Shown piece after piece: positions 1 through 7,659 of a DNA stretch of 46,205 nucleotides. This DNA comes from a virus (Duplodnaviria; Heunggongvirae; Uroviricota; Caudoviricetes): IMG/VR virus record IMGVR_UViG_3300012348_000120; one strand, written 5' to 3'. Positions within the stretch are counted from its first letter, which is position 1, and every line of letters begins with the position of its first letter. The notes under the pieces are model-generated. The model saw only the letters and a list, made by a program, of their open reading frames with translations, searched no databases and was not told where the DNA came from. A program made the position numbers and the translations under genes.

Positions 1-17
1 GCCGAAGCCTCTTTTTC

Positions 18-560
18 TTATTGTCCGTTTACGTTGTCGAGTGGGAACGGCGAAACGATGATTTCAGGTTCAAGGTAAACCGCTTTCACATCTTCTGAGG
101 TTCCATCCACACACATAACGTAGGTGGCAGCAAGACCTTCTGGCATAAACAGACCATTCGGTTCTGCTTGTGGAAGAGTCCCAACATGTGCATCAATACG
201 ATCACCAACGAATTCTTCGTAGTCAACAACCTTGTCTGGGTTGCTGTATTGAATTGAAGCGTTGATACCATAACCAACCGAGTCGCAAATTTTGATCAGG
301 GTGCCATTCATCGTGACAATGTAAGTATAGGTCCGATAGTTTGGCTGATCACGAAGTTCATACAGCCATTTCACCATACGCTTTTCTGTAAAGTTGGTGA
401 TTGCTGGAAGACCAGTTTGCCGTTCACCTTCTTTTAGCAGTTTTTCCATCTGATCAGCAACCGCTTCATCACTTGATGGTGCTGGCTCATCAAACCAACC
501 AGCATTTGCGGTAGTGGCAGTCATCGCTGCAATTGCAGCCGCAATCAAAAACTTTTTCAT
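18..560 (-). CDS. Secreted/periplasmic phage protein of unknown function
   Basis: 180-aa ORF with a Sec-type signal peptide (MKKFLIAAAIAAMTATTANA-G) and phage-like codon usage. Confidence 0.6.
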   Translation of the reverse strand: MKKFLIAAAIAAMTATTANAGWFDEPAPSSDEAVADQMEKLLKEGERQTGLPAITNFTEKRMVKWLYELRDQPNYRTYTYIVTMNGTLIKICDSVGYGINASIQYSNPDKVVDYEEFVGDRIDAHVGTLPQAEPNGLFMPEGLAATYVMCVDGTSEDVKAVYLEPEIIVSPFPLDNVNGQ

Positions 561-574
561 ATCAGTTTCCTTTA

Positions 575-736
575 TTAAGCGTTTTTCGGAAGGATGCGGG
601 GAAATTGAGAAGGATGATTATCTGAGTCGAGGCACGATCCAGCAATCAGAATTTTGTGATTTTCAGCTTTCTTTTTTTTGAAAAATGCTGGAAATTCAAC
701 AACAGCTTTCATAACTTTGATCAGAGTGTTTTTCAT
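575..736 (-). CDS. Small hypothetical protein (53 aa)
   Basis: ATG at 736 overlaps the upstream stop (TAATG) and the ORF fills the gap in a co-directional operon. Confidence 0.4.
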   Translation of the reverse strand: MKNTLIKVMKAVVEFPAFFKKKKAENHKILIAGSCLDSDNHPSQFPRILPKNA

Positions 737-1044
737 TAGCGAACACCCATGCTCTGAAGGCACTGTTGCAAATGAGTTGGGTAATCACTGGTGTCAATCG
801 ATGCAAACGTATCTTGCACCATATTTTTGATACCAACACGGCCCGCCGTATCTGCTTTGTTGTATTCAACGCATTGGTTGTTCAGTTGCAGACGCATGCC
901 ATCATTGTATGCTTGCGATTCTTGAAACACTTTTGTTCGTTGTGCTTCGCGTTCTGCATTGAAGAAACCATTCACATAAATACCGCCCCATGTTAGTAGA
1001 CCAATGCCTACTACCGCAGATACACCAATCAGTAGTTCTTTCAT
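736..1044 (-). CDS. Membrane-anchored hypothetical protein
   Basis: 102 aa with one N-terminal hydrophobic helix (LLIGVSAVVGIGLLTWGGIYV). Confidence 0.6.
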   Translation of the reverse strand: MKELLIGVSAVVGIGLLTWGGIYVNGFFNAEREAQRTKVFQESQAYNDGMRLQLNNQCVEYNKADTAGRVGIKNMVQDTFASIDTSDYPTHLQQCLQSMGVR

Positions 1045-1078
1045 TTTAAATCCTCATGATAAGTTATGTAGCGCACCA

Positions 1079-1546
1079 TTACGCCACTTTTTTGTAAACA
1101 CCTTCGCCGTTGCTCATCACAGCAACTTTGACATACTCGCCAAACAGTTTTTCAAAGTTCTTGGCAATCCGTTTGCACCAGTTTTCCGAAAGATTTGCCA
1201 TTGCCGCATCTTCGCTATAACCAGTGTTCAACAGTGCTTCGGTTTTGGGAAGCAACCAGACCGCAGCAAGACCACAATATTCGCTCACGCCGATATAGGC
1301 GAAGTTATTTTCAAGAATGGCGCGATCTTCACGACCAACCCACTCGTTGCATTCGGAGAACGAAGACCACTTGTCGGTGGCATCATTCTTGATGCTTTCA
1401 ACAAACCAGTCCCAGTCGTCTTGGCCCTGCCACTCATCGTGTTCGTCAGTGACATTACCATCATCGTCCATCACATACCCAAAGCTGGACACGTCACGAA
1501 AGCAAACAGCGGCGGTATTGGAAGGATACGAAACTGAACGGCCCAT
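1079..1546 (-). CDS. Early hypothetical protein
   Basis: 155-aa acidic ORF with a GAGG Shine-Dalgarno, directly downstream of the promoter at 1577-1605. Confidence 0.6.
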   Translation of the reverse strand: MGRSVSYPSNTAAVCFRDVSSFGYVMDDDGNVTDEHDEWQGQDDWDWFVESIKNDATDKWSSFSECNEWVGREDRAILENNFAYIGVSEYCGLAAVWLLPKTEALLNTGYSEDAAMANLSENWCKRIAKNFEKLFGEYVKVAVMSNGEGVYKKVA

Positions 1547-1576
1547 AGTGATTTCCTCTCTCTTGGCTACAGTGTA

Positions 1577-1605
1577 TGTATATCGCGATTCGTCTCAGTT
1601 GTCAA
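1577..1605 (-). promoter_or_regulatory. Sigma70-type early promoter with GANTC in the spacer
   Basis: TTGACA-17 nt-TATACA; GAATC at 1587-1591, 8 nt from the -35 box. Confidence 0.75.
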
Positions 1606-1608
1606 GAG

Positions 1609-1812
1609 TTATTTGTAATATTTCTGCCCGACTCCGAGAATTCCCAATTCAACGGATTTCACATGATTGCATTTGGTTGTATGTTTTGTTTTGCAAGTGC
1701 AGGATAGTCCTTCATTGAACATTTCCACTACACAATTTCTGAATGTCCACACTGTTCCGACAAGATGGTTTCCTGCGGTAGAAATCTTATTATGTTGAAA
1801 GTATGTAATCAT
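1609..1812 (-). CDS. SWIM-type zinc-finger small protein
   Basis: CxC-x6-CxH motif (CTCKTKHTTKCNHV); SD GAGGG before ATG 1812. Confidence 0.55.
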   Translation of the reverse strand: MITYFQHNKISTAGNHLVGTVWTFRNCVVEMFNEGLSCTCKTKHTTKCNHVKSVELGILGVGQKYYK

Positions 1813-1833
1813 GTTTCCCTCGTTGATCACCTA

Positions 1834-1862
1834 TGAGTATACTGATTCGCAGAGAAAGTCAA
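1834..1862 (-). promoter_or_regulatory. Sigma70-type early promoter with GANTC in the spacer
   Basis: TTGACT at 1857-1862; GAATC at 1844-1848, 8 nt away; -10 is TACTCA (17-nt spacer) or TATACT (15-nt spacer). Confidence 0.6.
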
Positions 1863-1876
1863 GAGCCATTTTGTAG

Positions 1877-1913
1877 AAAAACCGAGTATACTGCGTCCAG
1901 TATCTCGGCTTTT
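1877..1913. terminator. Probable intrinsic terminator hairpin
   Basis: AAAAA-CCGAG(T)ATACTG-cgtc-CAGTATCTCGG-cTTTT, an imperfect stem with A/T runs on both sides. Confidence 0.5.
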
Positions 1914-2166
1914 CTTATGTTTAAGTTTTCTATATAAGGGTTCCTATCTATTAAGATAGTTAGATCGTTACCCTGTTATTCGGTATGATATGCAGTGACC
2001 GAACCAATACTATATAAAGTTTATGATATAATGATATAGAATGAAAAGCAGTGTCTACATCTGATATAAGTAAGTTTGTATGTTAGATTTATAATACAGC
2101 GACATATGATGTATACTATTATATCGCTCTATTATTTATTCAATATATCCTATTCGTAGTGATTCG

Positions 2167-3039
2167 TCAAGGACTTTGTTTGAATATTTCGGCATCAATG
2201 ATTGACTTGATATGCTCAAACATAAGCTGGTTTGATCTTATCCCTGGGTGTGGAAGGCTGGTGACCGATGAAAAATGGGTAAGATCATATTTTTTGTGGT
2301 TTGTATTTTTCAATATTTCGTATACTTCAATGGGAACATCACACGCAAAGTCTTGATAGAAATTGTGCCACCCATCTTTTGGACTTAACATATCGACATG
2401 AAAACTTGGACACTGAATTGTTTCCAATAGTGAAATGTAGTATTCTTCCTTTTCCAAGTATAGATCGTGTGTCGGTTTGTATTTTGGTGTTGTATTATAC
2501 TTTGCAAAATAGTAGGTTTCGTCATTGTTTAGTGAATTCATTTCAAGACGATCTGGATAAAATCCATACGACACCACTAAACTTGGCATGTTTTTGGTAT
2601 TCTTTAACCACGTTTGCAATAAACGTGTGGCAGTGTCTATTCCTGCGCCGCATACTGAGAAGTTATATAATTTAAGCGAGTAGTTATTTGCTAATTTATA
2701 TGCCCACGTATCTTCAAACCTTAAACCATGACCATAAGATATACTATCTCCAAACACCCATATGGTCTTATCGGGTTCATCGTATGTATACTGATGGGTG
2801 GAACGAAATCCAAATTTATTCTCTATGTATCTGACTGGGCCTTTTTCAATGGTAAGGTCTGTCACATTTTCAAAGTCAAATGAAAACAGCGACGACAGCG
2901 CATGTTTCTTTTCGTGTGATGAGTTTTTGTAAAGTTCTATTACTTTTTTGAAATTTTCATCGTTAGATTGTTTTCCACGTGTGAACAAATCACCATCTAT
3001 CGCACCTTTTGCGGTGTGTCTGTTCTCTGTGAATTCCAT
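2167..3039 (-). CDS. SGNH/GDSL-like hydrolase family protein
   Basis: Block I WVFGDSISYGHG, block II NFSVCGAG and a C-terminal xxHPG; start moved to ATG 3039 (purine-rich SD, downstream of the late promoter) from the ORF-track start at 3117. Confidence 0.6.
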   Translation of the reverse strand: MEFTENRHTAKGAIDGDLFTRGKQSNDENFKKVIELYKNSSHEKKHALSSLFSFDFENVTDLTIEKGPVRYIENKFGFRSTHQYTYDEPDKTIWVFGDSISYGHGLRFEDTWAYKLANNYSLKLYNFSVCGAGIDTATRLLQTWLKNTKNMPSLVVSYGFYPDRLEMNSLNNDETYYFAKYNTTPKYKPTHDLYLEKEEYYISLLETIQCPSFHVDMLSPKDGWHNFYQDFACDVPIEVYEILKNTNHKKYDLTHFSSVTSLPHPGIRSNQLMFEHIKSIIDAEIFKQSP

Positions 3040-3095
3040 ACCATTTTCCCCCTTCCCCATAACAAAAATAGTTATAGAGTGTTTCTCTCTATAAC

Positions 3096-3103
3096 TATTT
3101 ATG
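3096..3103 (-). promoter_or_regulatory. T4-like late promoter motif (CATAAATA)
   Basis: NATAAATA upstream of the SGNH gene. Confidence 0.5.
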
Positions 3104-3133
3104 GGCTTCAAGGACAATAATAAAGTAAGTTTA

Positions 3134-3448
3134 TTATTTCTTTTGAGATGCGTTATTGATGAAGTCGTAGAACTTCTGTGCAGATGTCAGAACATCATCG
3201 GCGGTTGGAATCTTTGGCATCTCAACTTGAGTTAGGATTTCACCAGTCTGTGGATCACGAGTTACAGTTTGTTCCCATCCTGCGAATTTTGCGTGAAACT
3301 CAAATTGTTCCATATCTTTTGCGATTTCAAGAACCTTAGTGCGAATTTCATAGCCATTCTTATTTGGCTTGAACTTTGGCATTGAATTTACCATAACTTC
3401 GCTCATCTGTGTCATAAAGTCTTGCATTTGTTTTTGCATGTCAGTCAT
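3134..3448 (-). CDS. Conserved phage hypothetical protein (KNGYEIR motif)
   Basis: SD GGAG before ATG 3448; late promoter upstream. Confidence 0.6.
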   Translation of the reverse strand: MTDMQKQMQDFMTQMSEVMVNSMPKFKPNKNGYEIRTKVLEIAKDMEQFEFHAKFAGWEQTVTRDPQTGEILTQVEMPKIPTADDVLTSAQKFYDFINNASQKK

Positions 3449-3499
3449 ATAATTTCTCCATATCTGTGTGTGTAAATAATTGCTCATCAATTATTTCTA

Positions 3500-3507
3500 T
3501 ATTTATA
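3500..3507 (-). promoter_or_regulatory. T4-like late promoter (TATAAATA)
   Basis: Exact T4 late consensus in an intergenic position. Confidence 0.65.
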
Positions 3508-3531
3508 CCAAATGGGTTGATTCGAGTCAAT

Positions 3532-3558
3532 AAAAAAGTCGCCCGAAGGCGACTTTTT
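3532..3558 (-). terminator. Rho-independent terminator after the porin gene
   Basis: AAAAAAGTCGCC-cgaa-GGCGACTTTTT. Confidence 0.85.
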
Positions 3559-3576
3559 AGGTCAATTCTGATTGGA

Positions 3577-4338
3577 TCAGAAGCGTAGAGCAGCACCAAG
3601 AGCGACAGTGGTGTCTTCGGTGTTGAAGTCATAACCAGCTTCAGCAAACAGGTCTGCGTTTTCGCTTACGTTATGAGTGTATCCAACGCCAAGAACATCT
3701 GCGCCTTCGTCGTCAAAGGTGACAAATGCTGATGCATTCTTGTATGAACCATTTAGTTCAACTGCATAGTCTTCTGCATAAGTCAGAACACCACCAAGGA
3801 CAACGCCGTTTCCGACTTTTGTATTTGCAGCGACACCAAGGGTCACGTCTTCGGTTGTAGTATTGTAATCAATACCAACGCGAGAATCAATGCCATTGAA
3901 AGTCGGAATAGCATAAGCTGCTTGGACGTTCTCAACATCGCCATCATTTAGACCAACTGATGCTGAGTATGCAAGACCAGAAACAACAAAAGTGCGATCA
4001 GTCGCAGCAGGATCAGCAAGAACGTTGCCAGAAATCTTGGTTAGGCCACCAGTGAAGTCAAAGACGCCATCCTGTTCGCCATAAGAAAGAGTGGTGTTAC
4101 CAACAATCGCACCAACATAGAAGTCGGTTAGGTCGGTTGCAATAATGTCATAGGTTGAGCCAGCAATAACGGTAAAGCCACCCAGATCATGCTTGCTATC
4201 AACAGAGAATTCGGAAGAAGAAGTTTCAACGCCTTCAGTTGATAGAACAGACACGTCAGTTCCGAATGATAGGTCAAGAGCGGATACTTGAGTCGCGATA
4301 AGACCGCATACTGCGGCTGCAATAAGTGTAGTTTTCAT
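3577..4338 (-). CDS. Outer-membrane beta-barrel porin-like protein (Rhodobacter porin style)
   Basis: Signal peptide MKTTLIAAAVCGLIATQVSA, alternating amphipathic beta-strands, acidic composition and C-terminal Phe (ALGAALRF); SD AAGGA before ATG 4338. Confidence 0.75.
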   Translation of the reverse strand: MKTTLIAAAVCGLIATQVSALDLSFGTDVSVLSTEGVETSSSEFSVDSKHDLGGFTVIAGSTYDIIATDLTDFYVGAIVGNTTLSYGEQDGVFDFTGGLTKISGNVLADPAATDRTFVVSGLAYSASVGLNDGDVENVQAAYAIPTFNGIDSRVGIDYNTTTEDVTLGVAANTKVGNGVVLGGVLTYAEDYAVELNGSYKNASAFVTFDDEGADVLGVGYTHNVSENADLFAEAGYDFNTEDTTVALGAALRF

Positions 4339-4459
4339 TTGTAAGTGATTCCTTTTTTGTATTCCAAATGAACTCATTGGTTCATTTGTATTAATATAAT
4401 CCATATGTGATGTGATTACAAGACTTATTTATACGAAGTCGCAAAGTGTGACATTTTTG

Positions 4460-5578
4460 TCACTGCTTTGGTTGGTTGCCCTGCAACGCTTCTGTAACTT
4501 CTTTGACAATTTGTTTAGCATTTTTTCCGTTCCAGTTTACATCAGACTTGAATATTTCCTGCATAGTATACTTTGTTTTCAAATAGTTCCAAGCCTTGAT
4601 ATTCTCAACCATCTGCTCAATACTTACATTTTCACCACCAAACTGTTTGTATGTAATGAAACTCATAATGTGCGATGGCGGTATGCGACCTTTATATCCA
4701 AATAGTTCGCCATGTTTCCACATACGTTCTGGATTCTTTTTCCCTTTGGTAGAATCTGGTTGGCCTTCTTCCCTGTCTTTAAATGGAAGATGCTTGTAAT
4801 CTGGGTTTGCTTGTGCTGCTTGTTTACCGTATAGATTATGTGCCACGTCAACGTCAGGCTTTATTCTGTTTTGATCTGGAACTTTGAAGTGAACAATGAT
4901 TGGAATACTGTTCATTGTCCATAGCCCACCTGATGAATGCATAGCATATCTGTGAACCAAAGATGATTTATCAGCAGCGAAAAATACATAACCAGGAGTG
5001 TGAACATCGCCGTAGTTTCCAGCTTTTTGTGGAACAATACCTTTTGACAACATAGATGCGACTGCATCAATATTTGTTCCATGCCATCCTTCTCTTGGAA
5101 GTTCGCCTCTGAATGTAGATGGGTCAGCATCTTGTCTGCTTCCTGTATCCATTTGCACACCCATAGAGAACGGACGTGGGTTGATACCAAATGCTTGCTT
5201 TATGTAAGAAGCAACTTTCTTGAACAACGGCGAAGTTTGCGGCGATTGTCCATATGTATGACGACGATATAGCAACCTTCCTTCATCCATACTGAACGCA
5301 ACTACGTCAGAACGGGTATCGCCTAAGTCCATCAATACTTCTAATGACCACCCCGCTTTTAGTTCGCTTTCATCCAATCCCATTTTTTGGCGTATGTCTG
5401 CCACAATCTGTTCTTTGTTTTCTTTCCAATCTGTTCGAGTAACTACCCAAATACTATCTGCATAGCCAAACACAACCGATCCTTCTGGAAGTTCACTACC
5501 TTGTGAAACTCGGTTCAAGCGAACTCTCATTTCAAAAAGGCCAACTCTACTTTCGGTGATGATTTCGTTTATCTTCAT
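4460..5578 (-). CDS. ADP-ribosyltransferase-fold (Tpt1/ART-like) protein, paralog 1
   Basis: WHGTN-x7-KGI, aromatic strand GYVFFAAD and IIVHFKVP; paralogous to 5828-6874. Confidence 0.55.
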   Translation of the reverse strand: MKINEIITESRVGLFEMRVRLNRVSQGSELPEGSVVFGYADSIWVVTRTDWKENKEQIVADIRQKMGLDESELKAGWSLEVLMDLGDTRSDVVAFSMDEGRLLYRRHTYGQSPQTSPLFKKVASYIKQAFGINPRPFSMGVQMDTGSRQDADPSTFRGELPREGWHGTNIDAVASMLSKGIVPQKAGNYGDVHTPGYVFFAADKSSLVHRYAMHSSGGLWTMNSIPIIVHFKVPDQNRIKPDVDVAHNLYGKQAAQANPDYKHLPFKDREEGQPDSTKGKKNPERMWKHGELFGYKGRIPPSHIMSFITYKQFGGENVSIEQMVENIKAWNYLKTKYTMQEIFKSDVNWNGKNAKQIVKEVTEALQGNQPKQ

Positions 5579-5588
5579 TTGAACTTCC

Positions 5589-5831
5589 TTATCGTATTCT
5601 GTAAGTGGTATGATAGTCTCTTATGTCGGAATGCCAAAACTTTCCTTTTGACATCGCACTTACCCATTCAGTAAACAAAGGTTTCCCAACATCAGAAACT
5701 ACATATCTTCGTCCACTGTGTAATGTCATCACAACGTCACCAGACCCGTCTTTAGCCAAACTCAAATCGTCAATCCAACTTGAAAATACGGCTTCTTCAT
5801 CCAGCATACGTTCTATTTCATTTATTTTCAT
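5589..5831 (-). CDS. KTSC-domain protein
   Basis: 80 aa with the pattern SSWI...LHSGRRY...W.SA.SKGKFW...IR..Y typical of KTSC. Confidence 0.7.
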   Translation of the reverse strand: MKINEIERMLDEEAVFSSWIDDLSLAKDGSGDVVMTLHSGRRYVVSDVGKPLFTEWVSAMSKGKFWHSDIRDYHTTYRIR

Positions 5832-6874
5832 AGGTCTTCTTCATCTTCTTCTGGTTCGAAATCAGCAATAATGTCGTCTGCACTGTAATGCAACCAGTTG
5901 TCATTTACATAATCCTGAACATCACCAAAGTTGTCAGCAACGTATACATATGCTTTCATATAGTCATTCATTTCTTCTCGGCTACGTTCTACATACCCAT
6001 CTTCTTCTGGGTATTCACTTGGTGGCATAGAGGTGGTATAGAACTCGACAAACATTGCTGGCGGTATTCTACCTTTGTAACCAAAAATTCCCATATCTTT
6101 CCATAGATTTTGAGGACGTTTTTGGTTTTTTATATAGTCATTGCCTCTTGCTGGCATAGTGGATGAGTTGCTATATTCCGAAGGCAAGTGTGGACTCCAA
6201 GAACCATACAATTCAGAAGCAACGTCATAGTCAGCAAATATTTTTGATTGGTCTGGAAGTTTGAACTTTATGATTACTGGAATGTCACTGTCTTTTGTTG
6301 CGGTTCTATGCGCATGAAATCGTGGAATACTATCGCCAACCGCAAAAAATATTGCGCCAGAAGTGTGGATATTCCCCCAGTTCCCCATATTCTGAGCGGC
6401 GATGCCTGTTTTTAGAATGCCACGCAATCTGCGAAGGCTCGTGCCATGATACCCATACTCTGGAAGTTTTCCTTTTATTTCATTTGGTGAATATGTAGAA
6501 TCAACATCACCAGCCATATTTCCATATTCTACATTTTTTATACCAAGTTGCTTCACAACTTTTTGTATAAGTTTAGACGTGACTGGATGCTGACGAAGGT
6601 CTGAGCCTTCAATAGTAAGAGTGTTGTCTATTTCGTTGTAGTTTCCAACCAATACATCTGGTCTTGCGTCAGCTATATCCGACACATTAGATGGCATCTT
6701 TCCAGCTACTTTCTGAATTTCGGTTCGAATTCCGTCATCATCGTTGTCGTATTCGTCATAGTTTACAATCCATATACTATCTTTGAATGCTATAAGCAAA
6801 TCTCCACTTTCAGTCTTGTGGCGAATAATCATTTCTGACAGCATCGTTTCTGTAATTTCACTGAATCGCATCAT
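5828..6874 (-). CDS. ADP-ribosyltransferase-fold (Tpt1/ART-like) protein, paralog 2
   Basis: YHGTS-x7-TGI, GAIFFAVG and VIIKFKLP; shares the GELFGYKGRIPP/DMGIFGYKGRIPP motif with paralog 1. Confidence 0.55.
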   Translation of the reverse strand: MMRFSEITETMLSEMIIRHKTESGDLLIAFKDSIWIVNYDEYDNDDDGIRTEIQKVAGKMPSNVSDIADARPDVLVGNYNEIDNTLTIEGSDLRQHPVTSKLIQKVVKQLGIKNVEYGNMAGDVDSTYSPNEIKGKLPEYGYHGTSLRRLRGILKTGIAAQNMGNWGNIHTSGAIFFAVGDSIPRFHAHRTATKDSDIPVIIKFKLPDQSKIFADYDVASELYGSWSPHLPSEYSNSSTMPARGNDYIKNQKRPQNLWKDMGIFGYKGRIPPAMFVEFYTTSMPPSEYPEEDGYVERSREEMNDYMKAYVYVADNFGDVQDYVNDNWLHYSADDIIADFEPEEDEEDL

Positions 6875-6892
6875 GTTTCTCCATGTTTAGTG

Positions 6893-6900
6893 TATTTATC
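6893..6900 (-). promoter_or_regulatory. Late promoter motif (GATAAATA)
   Basis: Immediately upstream of the ART-KTSC-ART operon. Confidence 0.6.
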
Positions 6901-6906
6901 AAAAAC

Positions 6907-6931
6907 AAAAGGGTGGCAAATGCCACCCTTC
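6907..6931 (-). terminator. Rho-independent terminator after aox
   Basis: AAAAGGGTGGC-aaat-GCCACCCTT. Confidence 0.8.
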
Positions 6932-6951
6932 ACTTCAATCTAACGATGAAT

Positions 6952-7551
6952 TTACTTGCTGATTAGTTCATCTGCCATTTGGTGGTTTACATCAGCATGA
7001 CCTTGCTCGTCCAACCTTACTGCTATAATTACATCCCGTAAAGTTGCATTAGGTTTCAAAGTATAGTAGTCTATTGCTATTTTTGGTGCTGGTATATTCT
7101 CTGTTCTACCAGAGTCAATTTCGTCTAAGTATTGTGTGTAACTCACAACTGCTTGGTTTTCAAAGTAACCAATCATTCGGTGTGCAGTTTTTGGAAAGAA
7201 AACATATAGAACGAAGTAGAAGTGCCAAAACACAAATTGAGCAAACAGAACCAGCAATCGTTCAAACCAGTTTGGTTTTGCAATCTCAATAAAAATCATC
7301 AGATGCATACGCTCGTTTTCTGCTTCGTCCAATAAGGTTTTGATCCATCCACGTTCATCTGGTTTCATCTTACGAAGGCTTCGCAAGTGTTGCCACATTC
7401 CAGCCACCATTCCTGGAACTCCCGCGACAGTTTCTAACACTACGGCTCTATGTCCATATCGTTTTGCAAAAAATGTATCTGCAAACCAACGGAAACTCAT
7501 AGTCAAACCGTAAGCTATTTTATCCGAAAATCCAGTAGGTGTTGGTTCCAT
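6952..7551 (-). CDS. aox: Alternative oxidase (ubiquinol oxidase, di-iron carboxylate)
   Basis: All di-iron ligand motifs are present: LETVAGVPGMV, DEAENERMHL, FENQAVVSY and RLDEQGH. Confidence 0.93.
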   Translation of the reverse strand: MEPTPTGFSDKIAYGLTMSFRWFADTFFAKRYGHRAVVLETVAGVPGMVAGMWQHLRSLRKMKPDERGWIKTLLDEAENERMHLMIFIEIAKPNWFERLLVLFAQFVFWHFYFVLYVFFPKTAHRMIGYFENQAVVSYTQYLDEIDSGRTENIPAPKIAIDYYTLKPNATLRDVIIAVRLDEQGHADVNHQMADELISK

Positions 7552-7612
7552 TTATTGGCATAAATCCTCATATTTTGATTGATGCACTCTGTGCATACTT
7601 CTATCACCTGAA

Positions 7613-7620
7613 TATTTATC
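7613..7620 (-). promoter_or_regulatory. Late promoter motif (GATAAATA) upstream of aox
   Basis: Same motif as the other intergenic copies. Confidence 0.6.
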
Positions 7621-7659
7621 CAACGAAAGTAGTTTGAGTATATACTTCATCTGATTCTT

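Noticed and set aside
1004-1718. Plus-strand ORFs of 177, 65 and 133 aa
   Set aside because: Shadows of minus-strand genes that have promoters and SDs
7551-7571. Out-of-frame ATGs (7561, 7571) near the GAGGA SD upstream of aox, suggesting a uORF or frameshift
   Set aside because: SD spacing to 7561 is only 3 nt, the AOX frame is already complete from 7551, and there is no slippery site
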